Shown here piece by piece: positions 38,766-48,760 of a stretch of 64,000 nucleotides of DNA (position 1 is the first letter of the stretch; every line of letters starts with the position of its first letter). Location: positions 32,001-96,000 of the IMG/VR virus record IMGVR_UViG_3300027798_000020, one strand, 5' to 3'. The notes beneath the pieces are model-generated. The model was not told the origin of the DNA. It ran no database searches and saw only the letters and a program-made list of their open reading frames with translations. The stretch comes from a virus. The translations under genes were made by a program, and so were the position numbers.

Positions 38766-41609
38766 ATGCTCGATATTTGGACACAATCTTCAGGTTACAA
38801 TTTTGGAACGTTTCAAGAACGATTTCAGATTAATTTGCCGTTACCTGTAACTAATGTCCCAGGTAACACTAATTTTAAAGTTATATCGGGGGCATTGCCC
38901 CCTGGTCTACGAATTGAAGGACAGTTTATTATTGGAACTCCTGGAGAAGTTCCTCGAGACACAAGTTACGCATTTTGTATTAGGGCTAGTCATAGCAGTG
39001 GAATAGCCGATAGAACATTTAATATGATTGTGCAAGGCCCTGACGAGCCAAGGTTTATTACTCCAGCAGGTCAATTAAGAATTGGTGAGAACGAACAGCT
39101 ATATGTATTAGACAGTTCATTTGTAGATTTTCAAATAGGTGCGATTGACACTGATACTGTTACTGGACAACAATTAAGTTTCTTTATTGCCAGCGAAGAA
39201 GGCGAACTACCTCCGGGGCTATTATTAACACAAACTGGTAGAATAACTGGGTTTGTGCAACCAGCACTATCAATTAAAGTTGCAGACGGCGACGGAAGTT
39301 TTGACAACAGCTACTATGATAATGTTGCATACGACTTTGGCTATCGTCCAACCAACGGCTACGACAGTTATATATACGATCTTGTATTTTATGATTTTGC
39401 TCTACCTAGTAAACCTCCTAAAAAATTAAATCGTAACTATGAGTTTATTGCTACTATTAGTGACGGTGATTCTGTTACTAAAAGAAAATTTAAAATATTT
39501 GTAGTCGGCGATGACTATTTCCGTGCAGACAATGTAGGGTTCCCAGTTAATAGCGGATTATTTACTGCGGATGCACAGTACTTAAGACAACCAATATGGA
39601 CTACTCCTGCTTACTTAGGGACTCGACGAGCAAACAATTATGTGAGTTTTATACTTGATACTTACGAAGCACTAACTTCGGGAATAGTTATCTATAGTAT
39701 GACCGACGAAGAGATTACAAAATTGCCGCCTGGAATGCAATTTGACCCGACTACATCTGAAGTGTTTGGTTCTATCCCATATCAACCGGCTGTTACTAAA
39801 CGATATAGTTGGACTATTGTTGCCACACGTTACGGAACAAATGAAGATGTTGTTGTCACTGAAAGAACTTTCTATGTAGATGTTATTGGAGAGATTGACA
39901 GTGTTATTAATTGGCAAACTAATAGTGATCTTGGTATTATAGATGCAAACTTTGTATCAACTTTAAAAATTCAAGCTACTAGTACAGTTCAAGATGCTAT
40001 TGTAGTATATACTGTAGAACGCGGTGAGCTACCTGTTATTGTTGAAATTAATCCAAATACATCAAATACCGTTGCGGCGGGATGCGCAGACGCTAATTTT
40101 AATACTACATTGACATTAGGTCCACTACTAAACGGAAAAAACAGTTATACAAATGGTAACAAGAGTCTAACATGGAACGGATTTATTTGGACTTACAGAA
40201 TTACTGGTGAGGACGAATATTATAAAAGTGTACAAAACGTACAGTATCCGTGGCAGATTACAGAGTGGACATCTGAATTAGGAGCCCTAGAACCTGCACC
40301 ATCATTTACTCAATTAGGCGGATTAGCTAACGACGGCACTATTGCCACACTGACGTTCCCAGAACAATTTGAACCGCCATTCAAAGTTGGTGCTATGATT
40401 AAAGTTGAGAAAATGAGTGTGCCGGCATACAATGGAGTGTACTCTGTTTTAAGTTGTACCACAACAAATGTAACGTATAAAAACACTACTCGGTTACCAG
40501 CACTGGCAGGGACAATTAGTAATAATAATGGCGGGTTCCCTCCGGGACTAGTGTTAGACTTAGGTGGTGAAGTTGTTGGAAAAGTTAATCAATACGGCAC
40601 TGCTGACACACCTGGATTAATTACCTTTGATAATAACTCGTTTAGTATCGATCAACAGGCTACTACTATTGACCGGTCTTATAGTTTTATAGTTAAAGCT
40701 AGAGATCAGTTTGGATTCAGTGCGGCGTCTAAGGCATTTACACTGTTAGTACAAACACCAAACAACAAACTATACAGTAATATATCGGTTGCTCCCTTGC
40801 TTAAAATTAATCAACGAAAACTATGGAAGGATTTTATCACTGACAGCACAGTGTTTACTCCTGAAAATATCTATAGACCAAACGATACTAATTTTGGCGT
40901 ACAGCGCGATCTTAAAATGTTAATCTATGCAGGCATTGAAACTACAGAAGCAGGCGCATATGTAGGAGCAATTGGACTAAATCACAAAAAGAAAACATTT
41001 AGATTTGGCGAAATTAAGAAAGCAGTTGCAGTAATTCCAGGAACAAACACACAAGTATACGAAGTAGTATATGTAGAAATGTTAGATCCACTTGAACCAA
41101 ATAAGAAAGTTTTACCTCAACGATTAACTGCTATAGGTCGACAAAACATTACATTAACTACAGATAATACTGTAAACTTCTGGGACGCTGGTGAAAACAT
41201 TCCAAGTTTAAATCAAGATAGAGCATACAAAGAACGTCCAGACCCCATAGTTACTATTGACAGTCAAGGATATCTAGCTAGCGATCCTAACCCATCTACG
41301 TATTTTCCTAACAGTGTTACTAATTGGAAACGACGAATACGTACTGTTGGGTCAACAGAAAGAAATTATCTGCCATTATGGATGCGTAGTATTCAGCCAG
41401 GCGGAAAGCAGGAATTAGATTTTCAACTAGCTTTACCTATTTGCTATTGCAAAATAGGGGGTGCAGATGACATAATTTTAAACATTAAATACAGCGAATT
41501 TGATTTTAAAACTTTAGAATATACTATAGATCGATATCTAATAGATTCTATAGAAGACTATACACGAGATAAATATCTTGTATTCAGAAACGATAGGATA
41601 ACAATATGA
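38766..41609 (+). CDS. virion structural protein with putative Ig (He_PIG-like) repeats
   Basis: Repeated G.LPPGL.L...G.I.G motifs. Confidence 0.75.
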   Translation: MLDIWTQSSGYNFGTFQERFQINLPLPVTNVPGNTNFKVISGALPPGLRIEGQFIIGTPGEVPRDTSYAFCIRASHSSGIADRTFNMIVQGPDEPRFITPAGQLRIGENEQLYVLDSSFVDFQIGAIDTDTVTGQQLSFFIASEEGELPPGLLLTQTGRITGFVQPALSIKVADGDGSFDNSYYDNVAYDFGYRPTNGYDSYIYDLVFYDFALPSKPPKKLNRNYEFIATISDGDSVTKRKFKIFVVGDDYFRADNVGFPVNSGLFTADAQYLRQPIWTTPAYLGTRRANNYVSFILDTYEALTSGIVIYSMTDEEITKLPPGMQFDPTTSEVFGSIPYQPAVTKRYSWTIVATRYGTNEDVVVTERTFYVDVIGEIDSVINWQTNSDLGIIDANFVSTLKIQATSTVQDAIVVYTVERGELPVIVEINPNTSNTVAAGCADANFNTTLTLGPLLNGKNSYTNGNKSLTWNGFIWTYRITGEDEYYKSVQNVQYPWQITEWTSELGALEPAPSFTQLGGLANDGTIATLTFPEQFEPPFKVGAMIKVEKMSVPAYNGVYSVLSCTTTNVTYKNTTRLPALAGTISNNNGGFPPGLVLDLGGEVVGKVNQYGTADTPGLITFDNNSFSIDQQATTIDRSYSFIVKARDQFGFSAASKAFTLLVQTPNNKLYSNISVAPLLKINQRKLWKDFITDSTVFTPENIYRPNDTNFGVQRDLKMLIYAGIETTEAGAYVGAIGLNHKKKTFRFGEIKKAVAVIPGTNTQVYEVVYVEMLDPLEPNKKVLPQRLTAIGRQNITLTTDNTVNFWDAGENIPSLNQDRAYKERPDPIVTIDSQGYLASDPNPSTYFPNSVTNWKRRIRTVGSTERNYLPLWMRSIQPGGKQELDFQLALPICYCKIGGADDIILNIKYSEFDFKTLEYTIDRYLIDSIEDYTRDKYLVFRNDRITI

Positions 41610-42169
41610 GCACTTTAAACTATGCAGCCATTGACGAAACATACCCAGTTGCAGGGCAAGATAATAACAGTCAAGGATTTAGAGGCAACTTTGCCGCAAT
41701 TAAGTCTTCGATTGCCCAAGCAGAAACTGACATTACTGCACTAGAGACAAATACTGCTAAAAAGAATGCTAGTAACGATTTTAACGGAAATACTGTTGCC
41801 AATGCAGTTTATAACAAGTTCTACGGAGCAACGTATCCGCTAGGTGTTATTAGTGCGCCGCAAAATATTAATTTAAATAACGGTCCTTTACAGTATGTTA
41901 CCTTAGGTGCTGATACAACACTAACGTTTCAAAATTGGCCCGCAACTGGAAAATTTGCACAGGTGCGTGTACACATGATCGGTGACGGCAATGCTATTAG
42001 AACTCCAACACTTGCCACTGAAGCAGGCGGATTAATTGTATATGATCAAGAAATCATTGATGATCCAGATATTCTTAAATTACCTACTAATCAAAAGAAT
42101 AAAGTAATTGATGTGTGGACGTATAACGGTGGCGCAAAAGTTTTTATTAAGTTAGTTGGAACATTCTAA
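41606..42169 (+). CDS. structural hypothetical protein
   Basis: IDETYPVAGQDNNSQGFR.NF N-terminal motif; lies in the structural operon. Confidence 0.7.
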   Translation: MSTLNYAAIDETYPVAGQDNNSQGFRGNFAAIKSSIAQAETDITALETNTAKKNASNDFNGNTVANAVYNKFYGATYPLGVISAPQNINLNNGPLQYVTLGADTTLTFQNWPATGKFAQVRVHMIGDGNAIRTPTLATEAGGLIVYDQEIIDDPDILKLPTNQKNKVIDVWTYNGGAKVFIKLVGTF

Positions 42170-42399
42170 TGCACCCATTTGCCAGTGACCTATCGCAACT
42201 AAAGGATGGTGAATTGGAAGCTAAGGTGCATGAGTTAACTAGAAAATACTTTATCACCTACAATCCCGAAGTTCGTTCTCAAATAGTATTGTTTTTAGAA
42301 ACTTACAAAGAAGAGATACGAGTTCGGCAAGCCAAATTATGGCAATCACAACAGGCGCAAGTCAGTAATGGACTTGACAAATTAATCAAAGTCAACTAA
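42169..42399 (+). CDS. hypothetical protein
   Basis: 76-aa coupled ORF. Confidence 0.7.
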   Translation: MHPFASDLSQLKDGELEAKVHELTRKYFITYNPEVRSQIVLFLETYKEEIRVRQAKLWQSQQAQVSNGLDKLIKVN

Positions 42400-42402
42400 A
42401 AT
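42374..42402 (+). promoter_or_regulatory. sigma70-like promoter, probably giving a leaderless mRNA
   Basis: TTGACA-N17-TAAAAT; ATG 7 nt after the -10; no SD. Confidence 0.7.
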
Positions 42403-42408
42403 GTTGAC

Positions 42409-42921
42409 ATGCGATTAGACAAATATTCCAACCCAGTTTTTAGCGAGCAGGATCTTTTTGAAGCCATATACTCTGGCTTTGAGTTTAATCCGGCAGACAC
42501 ATTATTAGTAGACACTCGCTCCGACGATCTAAAAAATTTAGAAACACAACTAGGTTTTAAATTTTTAGAAACGTATAACACCAATTTTGAAATTACAGAC
42601 TACGATGCGGCATGCCAAAGTAATTGGAATATGCCTAATGAATATAAAACACTAGATATTGAAGCATGGATATGGGAACAATGTCCGCCTTGGGACCCAG
42701 AACATACTAGAGTTAAAGAAGAGTTGGAAGCGTACAAAGCAAGAAATATGCTAGATTTACTGCGGTGGCTTAAATATTTTGTAGATACTTGCTCAAAAGA
42801 AAAAATAGTGTGGGGTATAGGACGGGGGTCAAGCGTGGCTAGTTATGTACTATTCCTAATTGGGGTTCACAAAGTAAACAGTATAAAATATAATTTAGAC
42901 TGGCAGGAATTCTTGAGATAA
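42409..42921 (+). CDS. dnaE: DNA polymerase III alpha (family C) fragment, piece of a probably split polymerase
   Basis: RVKEEL...WGIGRGSSVASYVLFLIGVHKVNSIKYNLDWQEFLR matches the DnaE GxGRGS...SLV.Y.L.IT..DP...L.FERFL segment. Confidence 0.8.
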   Translation: MRLDKYSNPVFSEQDLFEAIYSGFEFNPADTLLVDTRSDDLKNLETQLGFKFLETYNTNFEITDYDAACQSNWNMPNEYKTLDIEAWIWEQCPPWDPEHTRVKEELEAYKARNMLDLLRWLKYFVDTCSKEKIVWGIGRGSSVASYVLFLIGVHKVNSIKYNLDWQEFLR

Positions 42922-42948
42922 GTACTATTATAATCCTAGGAGATTAAT

Positions 42949-43242
42949 ATGGCAATGAAAGAACAACAAAGAGCGGTCTATCGCTCAATGCAGGGTAAAG
43001 AAGTTGATATGAGCAAATTGGCTCTGCAAAACGAAATGACAGTTGCAGTCGGTAATGTGCGAGTAAACGCCCGTGGCGACGAACTAGGTCCTGGTGGTAA
43101 AATCGTTCGTAAACGTGAAGACATTCTTAAAGAGTATCATCAAGATCACCCACAGTCTGTACCAGACGAAGTATCTGTTAGAAAACAAGTAATTGACAAA
43201 CAGGTTGCTGTTAAAGATATGGATTTAGAAGGTGACGAATGA
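42949..43242 (+). CDS. conserved hypothetical protein
   Basis: AVGN.RVNARGDELGPGG motif; AGGAG RBS; GATAAGTA at 42917. Confidence 0.75.
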   Translation: MAMKEQQRAVYRSMQGKEVDMSKLALQNEMTVAVGNVRVNARGDELGPGGKIVRKREDILKEYHQDHPQSVPDEVSVRKQVIDKQVAVKDMDLEGDE

Positions 43243-43583
43243 ACGCTGTAAAAGGTAAAATTATTCCTCTTCGTGATAACGTGCTAATTGCCGATATGAA
43301 CTTTGATGAACAGAAGACTACTTCAGGTATTATCATTAGAAGCGATAACGGCAAAACTGAAGGCATTAAACCTAGATGGGGTCAAGTTTGGGCTATTGGT
43401 CCTGAACAGGAAGATGTTAAAGTAGGTGATTGGATTTGTGTTGAACACGGTCGATGGACACGGGGTATCAAAGTTGAAAATCCAGACGGTACTGAGATTA
43501 CTGTTCGAATGGTTGATAACGGCTGTATTATGCTACAGTCCGATGAGCGTCCTACTGATGTAGATATTAGAGACGGTATTTAA
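43239..43583 (+). CDS. groES: GroES-like co-chaperonin
   Basis: IIPLRDNVL...TTSGIII...G.V.AIGP...VKVGD.I. Confidence 0.85.
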   Translation: MNAVKGKIIPLRDNVLIADMNFDEQKTTSGIIIRSDNGKTEGIKPRWGQVWAIGPEQEDVKVGDWICVEHGRWTRGIKVENPDGTEITVRMVDNGCIMLQSDERPTDVDIRDGI

Positions 43584-43596
43584 ATATTTTAATTGA

Positions 43597-43861
<265 letters not shown>

Positions 43862-43865
<4 letters not shown>

Positions 43866-44005
43866 CCTGTCAAACATGCAAGAAGGAATATTCTGCATTA
43901 TGTAACTATAATCAAGGCAGATGTCCTCATCATCCACCATATATAAATTCACATTCACTGAGATTTTATAATCTAATACAAACAATTAAAGGCTGGTTTA
44001 AATGA
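43862..44005 (+). CDS. small Cys-rich protein (47 aa, not in the track)
   Basis: AAAGGAG RBS, GTG start; MTCQTCKKEYSALCNYNQGRCPHHPP...; overlaps both neighbours by 4 nt. Confidence 0.6.
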
Positions 44006-44916
44006 AAGAACTTTGGACAGAAAAATACAGACCGGATACACTAGACGGATATGTATTTGCAGACGACCTACAAAAAGGTCAAATTGAAAACTGGATTAAA
44101 GAAGGATCAATTCCTCATTTGATGTTTAGCGGAAATGCAGGTGTTGGTAAAACTACATTGGCTAAAATTTTAATTAACAAACTTGAAATACAAGATACCG
44201 ATGTACTGTATGCTAACGGTTCAAAGGAAGGTCGTAAGATCGAGTGGGTTGATAAACTAATTGGTTTTTGTCAAACAATGCCGTTTGGTGATGTTAAAAT
44301 TGTGTTGATTGACGAGGCAGACTATCTTAACGCACAGTCTGTACAGCCCGCACTACGCAATCTTATGGAGGAGTACAGTCACAGTGTACGATTTATTCTT
44401 ACCTGTAACTATCCTAATAAAATTATTCCACCGTTACATAGTCGATGCCAACGTCTGCATATTGAAAAAACAGACTTAACTGAGTTTACTGCTCGTGTTG
44501 CTATGATCCTTGTAACTGAAAATATCGAATTTGATCTTGACACGTTAGACACCTATGTAAAAGGAACCTATCCGGACTTGCGCAAGTGTATTAATAACTT
44601 GCAAATGAATAGTTTAAACGCTAAACTTGAAAAACCTGAGTCTGTAGATAACAGCAGTGACTATCGAATTGCTATGGTTGACCTATTTAAGAATGGAAAG
44701 ATTAGCGAAGCTCGTAAACTAATTTGTGGTCAGGCTCGACCAGAAGAAATGGAGGAAATTTATCGGTGGTTGTACGATAATATTGAATTGTTTGGCAACG
44801 AGAGCCAACAAGATAAGGCTGTGCTAATCATCAAAGACGGATTAGTTAACCATAGCTTAGTTGCAGATGCTGAAATTAACCTAGCCGCAACATTAATTAG
44901 ACTGAGTCATTTATAA
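44002..44916 (+). CDS. sliding-clamp loader AAA+ subunit (RFC-small / T4 gp44-like)
   Basis: LWTEKYRP, GNAGVGKTT, LIDEAD, RFILTCNY, SRC, DLRKCIN. Confidence 0.93.
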   Translation: MKELWTEKYRPDTLDGYVFADDLQKGQIENWIKEGSIPHLMFSGNAGVGKTTLAKILINKLEIQDTDVLYANGSKEGRKIEWVDKLIGFCQTMPFGDVKIVLIDEADYLNAQSVQPALRNLMEEYSHSVRFILTCNYPNKIIPPLHSRCQRLHIEKTDLTEFTARVAMILVTENIEFDLDTLDTYVKGTYPDLRKCINNLQMNSLNAKLEKPESVDNSSDYRIAMVDLFKNGKISEARKLICGQARPEEMEEIYRWLYDNIELFGNESQQDKAVLIIKDGLVNHSLVADAEINLAATLIRLSHL

Positions 44917-44941
44917 AAATAGGGGCGCAATGCCCCTATTT
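44917..44941. terminator. probable bidirectional terminator between convergent genes
   Basis: AAATAGGGGC-gcaat-GCCCCTATTT. Confidence 0.75.
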
Positions 44942-44944
44942 CAT

Positions 44945-45664
44945 TTAGTCTCCATAAACCGCTAACACCTCCTTTACGGCATTATGGCGTTCGATCTCTT
45001 TGGCAGTAAATTCAACAATATCAATATGTTTTAGTTTGCTGAAGTTTTGCATTAGTTGGCAAAATTCTGATAAACCGTTGTTATCAAGCCGGTCTGCTTG
45101 ATTCAAGTCTCCAGTTACAACCATTTTAGAGTGTTCCCCTAGTCTGGTTAACAGCATTTTCATTTGATTCTGAGTGGCATTTTGCATTTCATCTGCTATA
45201 ACGTAAGCGTTCTTAAATGTGCGTCCACGCATATAAGCTAACGGACTGATCTCAATTACACCTTCTTCTAGCATTTTGGCAATGTCTTTTGCTTGGTAGT
45301 ATTCTCCTAATACGTCAAAAATTGGTCTTGTCCACGGCGCCATCTTTTCATTTAGCGTTCCTGGTAAGAATCCAAGGTCTTCATCTACACTAACGGCGGG
45401 TCTTGTAACTATGAGTTTGTCGACAATACCTTCCTGAAATAGTTTGATGCCTACTTGCACCGCTAGCATAGTCTTGCCCGTTCCTGCTGGGCCAACTGCA
45501 AAAACAATACTTTTACTATCGTCTTGAAGTTTATCTAGATATACTTGTTGCGTGGAATTACGTGCATACAGGCTGACTCGCTGTTTCTTCTGTGGAAGAT
45601 ATGTATCGAAATCTATCACATTCACGTTTGAAGTAAAACGTTTTTTCACTCGGTTTTTACTCAT
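44945..45664 (-). CDS. phoH: PhoH-family ATPase
   Basis: GPAGTGKT, TRPAV, LGFLPG, PLAYMRGRTF, ADEMQN, TRLG, VTGD..Q.D. Confidence 0.95.
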   Translation of the reverse strand: MSKNRVKKRFTSNVNVIDFDTYLPQKKQRVSLYARNSTQQVYLDKLQDDSKSIVFAVGPAGTGKTMLAVQVGIKLFQEGIVDKLIVTRPAVSVDEDLGFLPGTLNEKMAPWTRPIFDVLGEYYQAKDIAKMLEEGVIEISPLAYMRGRTFKNAYVIADEMQNATQNQMKMLLTRLGEHSKMVVTGDLNQADRLDNNGLSEFCQLMQNFSKLKHIDIVEFTAKEIERHNAVKEVLAVYGD

Positions 45665-45822
45665 TGTTTTTCGTCTCCTACTTTAGGGAAAAATAGGACA
45701 CTGTAGTGACCGCCCGATAACTACAGAGGTCCTACACTATTATTTACAGTTTTATACTAAAATCATTCAGTTATACTATAAAAACACATCGGATAAATAT
45801 TAGATATAAAAGAGCCATTACT

Positions 45823-46401
45823 ATGCAAGACATACTAGACGTTATAAAAAACGTAAAAGACGTTTACGAAAACAACACTAATCTAGGAGTTTTAAAAGAC
45901 TTTGAACGTGTGTTAGACGAAGTGGATTTATACGTATATAAAAACTGGGAAGACGGTGAATTAGCCGTAGGGCCAAAGGTTGACCGTCACTGGATCACTT
46001 GCGGATTCATGTGGGATAAAGATCACATGCCAGACCCTGACGGGGGTAAAAGACTAGTTGAATTAGGATGTAAAATTACATTTGAAAAAACAAACCTAAT
46101 AGAACCTAGAAAGATAAAAAGCCCAGATGATTTTAGACCAGGTACTAAAAAAGGTAAATTAGATCATACTCCTGTATGGCTGGTTACAATTCGAATGCCT
46201 AAGAAACTAGCCTTTGACATTTATAAAGGCTATATGAATAAGATGAAGGGTGAGGACGAAATATCTGGCATTACTAAACAAGGCACAACTACTCCTATGG
46301 ATGCCGGTGCAACTAAAGAAGCGGCAGGTGCCGCCCAAGGGGGTGCCGCTCCAACTGCTCCAGGTGCATCAGCACCAGCACCAACCGCTCCAGCGGTATA
46401 A
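45823..46401 (+). CDS. conserved hypothetical protein (probably late)
   Basis: 192-aa ORF; GATAAATA at 45792-45799. Confidence 0.8.
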   Translation: MQDILDVIKNVKDVYENNTNLGVLKDFERVLDEVDLYVYKNWEDGELAVGPKVDRHWITCGFMWDKDHMPDPDGGKRLVELGCKITFEKTNLIEPRKIKSPDDFRPGTKKGKLDHTPVWLVTIRMPKKLAFDIYKGYMNKMKGEDEISGITKQGTTTPMDAGATKEAAGAAQGGAAPTAPGASAPAPTAPAV

Positions 46402-46410
46402 GGATAAGAC

Positions 46411-47130
46411 ATGGCGCTAAGAGCTAACGACTTAAAAGACCTAGTTAAAGATATTTTTGAAATTGATAATTTTAAAAGTAAATTAGGTGACGACAACGAA
46501 ATAGTAGTTCTCAGTTTTACTGTAGACTACAAAGACCCGGCTGATGACTTAGAACATTTCTTTGAAATGGGGTATGAGTTTGTATTAGATGCAGATGTAA
46601 CAGCCGGTGAGATGGACGACGGACGTTACAAAGTGTTTGTTGAACTTGAAAGAGGCAGACATGTTGCCAAACAAATATTTGAACTAGTTGAAGGATTGAA
46701 AAAACTTTCAGGGTTAGATCGCATAAAGTTTAGATACTACAAAAGTTTCAAGAGCTACGAAGCAACTGAAGATAACTTAGATCTCATTGTGCCTAAAGAC
46801 GGCAACTCTTATAAAATTGCTACAGATCAAAATCAATTGAATAACTTTAGTACGTTTTTTGGAAATAGTTTTGCTGACGAGATTTCAATTGCTGAAGATA
46901 AAATATCATTTGTTAGAGATAAGAATCATATTGCCGCGTTTAATATTTTAGAATGCGGCATAACTAAAGAAGTTTATAATTCAATTAGCGGCCCTATTAT
47001 GTTAGAAAGCAAAGACATTGCCGAGGTTTTATTTTTAACTAAGTGTATTGGTAACTATAACATCACCAAGGTTGGTGATAAATTTATTTTTGAAAACAGC
47101 GGATATGCTGTAGCTTTGGAGAAAGTATAA
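46411..47130 (+). CDS. conserved hypothetical protein
   Basis: 239-aa ORF, AGGA RBS, coupled to the endolysin. Confidence 0.8.
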   Translation: MALRANDLKDLVKDIFEIDNFKSKLGDDNEIVVLSFTVDYKDPADDLEHFFEMGYEFVLDADVTAGEMDDGRYKVFVELERGRHVAKQIFELVEGLKKLSGLDRIKFRYYKSFKSYEATEDNLDLIVPKDGNSYKIATDQNQLNNFSTFFGNSFADEISIAEDKISFVRDKNHIAAFNILECGITKEVYNSISGPIMLESKDIAEVLFLTKCIGNYNITKVGDKFIFENSGYAVALEKV

Positions 47131-47759
47131 TGTCAGGATTTGATTTCGATTTTACTAAACAACAACTTGCAGAAATTATCAAAGGAAACTCCTATATTGA
47201 TAATTGGTATCATGCTCTAAGTGAGATTTTACCAGAGTATGAAATTAATACTAAACCAAGGGTTGCCGCGTTTTTAGCCCAATGCGCTCATGAAAGTGGC
47301 GGATTTAAATTCTTAAAAGAGAATCTAAACTACAAAGCCGCTAGTCTACGTAAAGTATTTCCTAAATATTTCCCAGACGATGCAACCGCTGCCGCTTATG
47401 CTAATAAGCCGCAAATGATTGCCAACAGAGTCTATGCTAATCGCATGGGCAACGGTGACGAGGCCAGTGGTGACGGTTGGCAATTTTGTGGACGTGGACT
47501 TATTCAATTAACTGGTAAGAACAACTATACATTTTTTGCAGCCAGTTTAGGTATTCCACTAGACGAAGCATCAGAATATTTAGAAACGTTTGAAGGTGCT
47601 ATTCAATCGGGTTGCTTCTTCTGGGAGCAAAACAAACTTAACCAGTGGGCAGATGCAGGTGATATCTTAACATTGACTAAACGCATCAACGGTGGTACTA
47701 TCGGTCTAGAAGATCGTATTAAGCATTACAATCACGCACTTCACGTTCTAGGACATTAA
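47130..47759 (+). CDS. glycoside hydrolase family 19 endolysin
   Basis: AAFLAQCAHESGGF..LKENLNY, GRGLIQLTGKNNY, TKRINGG..GL.DR. Confidence 0.92.
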   Translation: MSGFDFDFTKQQLAEIIKGNSYIDNWYHALSEILPEYEINTKPRVAAFLAQCAHESGGFKFLKENLNYKAASLRKVFPKYFPDDATAAAYANKPQMIANRVYANRMGNGDEASGDGWQFCGRGLIQLTGKNNYTFFAASLGIPLDEASEYLETFEGAIQSGCFFWEQNKLNQWADAGDILTLTKRINGGTIGLEDRIKHYNHALHVLGH

Positions 47760-47760
47760 T

Positions 47761-48249
47761 ATGTCACAGATTACATGGATGATCGGTCTAATACCTGATG
47801 CAGTACTAAATTGGGCATACTGGGCTATAATTATTGCTGGTGTTACTGGTGTACTTGCTGGATGGTTAGGCAAGTGGATTCCATTCTACGGAAACTACGT
47901 AAAGATTCTACAACCTGTAGGTATTGTATTACTAGTGCTAGGCGTATGGTTGCGTGGTGGCTACGATACAGAAATGGCTTGGCGGACAAAGGTTGCTGAA
48001 GCTGAAGCACGAGTTGCAGTTGCTGAACAGAAGTCACAAGAAACCAATACAGTTATACAAGAAAAAGTAGTAGAAAAGACCAAAGTTATCAAAGGCAAGA
48101 CTGAGTACATTACACAATATCTTGACCGTGAAGTTGTAAAGAAAGAAGAGATCATCAAGTACATAGAACAATGCCCTGTGCCTAAAGAGATCATTGACAT
48201 ACACAATCAAGCCGCAGAGATGAACAAGGCAGCGGAGGGTAAGAAATGA
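47761..48249 (+). CDS. putative i-spanin (Rz-like)
   Basis: N-terminal TM segments followed by a coiled coil with one Cys; directly after the endolysin. Confidence 0.7.
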   Translation: MSQITWMIGLIPDAVLNWAYWAIIIAGVTGVLAGWLGKWIPFYGNYVKILQPVGIVLLVLGVWLRGGYDTEMAWRTKVAEAEARVAVAEQKSQETNTVIQEKVVEKTKVIKGKTEYITQYLDREVVKKEEIIKYIEQCPVPKEIIDIHNQAAEMNKAAEGKK

Positions 48250-48512
48250 AATACATTATTTTAGGTCTTGCTATAGTTCTAACTGCCTGTTCTACACCTG
48301 TTCCAGTTAGCCAACGATTCCCCGATGTTCCTAAAGCATTGGTAGAACGATGCGAAAGTCTTAGAAAAGTAGAAGGTGACAAGGTTGCTATCACAGAGAT
48401 GTTAAAAGTAGTTGTACAAAACTACGGCATGTACTACGAATGTGCGGCAAAAGTTGACGGGTGGAATGACTGGTATCAGGAACAAAAACGCATTTACGAG
48501 AGTGTAAAATGA
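48246..48512 (+). CDS. putative o-spanin (Rz1-like lipoprotein)
   Basis: Lipobox LTAC, Pro-rich N-terminus, C...NY..Y.EC. Confidence 0.75.
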   Translation: MKYIILGLAIVLTACSTPVPVSQRFPDVPKALVERCESLRKVEGDKVAITEMLKVVVQNYGMYYECAAKVDGWNDWYQEQKRIYESVK

Positions 48513-48736
48513 AAATTGCCGTTGTTATTATAGCCGTAATGCTATCGGGTTGTGCTGTTATGTCTAATCCAGAGGTTGAAAAATCTGTATCTAGAGATAA
48601 AACAATGGAGCAGATGGCAAAAGCGGCATTAATCAACGATATGTTGCACAGTCCAGATGCTCATGTAAGGGCAAAGGGAGCCTCTATTGCAGAAAAGTTT
48701 TTAACGGAACCTAAACGAAACTTATTTGGATTTTAA
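48509..48736 (+). CDS. small lipoprotein
   Basis: Lipobox LSGC. Confidence 0.7.
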   Translation: MKIAVVIIAVMLSGCAVMSNPEVEKSVSRDKTMEQMAKAALINDMLHSPDAHVRAKGASIAEKFLTEPKRNLFGF

Positions 48737-48760
48737 TTGCAACAAAAGATAATTTAAAAT

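Noticed and set aside
40035-40538. Intein or intron as the explanation for the insertions here and in the subtilase
   Set aside because: No C/S start with HN-C/S/T end, no LAGLIDADG/HNH motif, and the frame is uninterrupted.
42409-42921. dnaE fragment as a simple pseudogene
   Set aside because: Not favoured: the ORF is clean, has its own promoter, and no remnant of the missing domains lies in the flanking DNA. It cannot be fully excluded without the rest of the genome.
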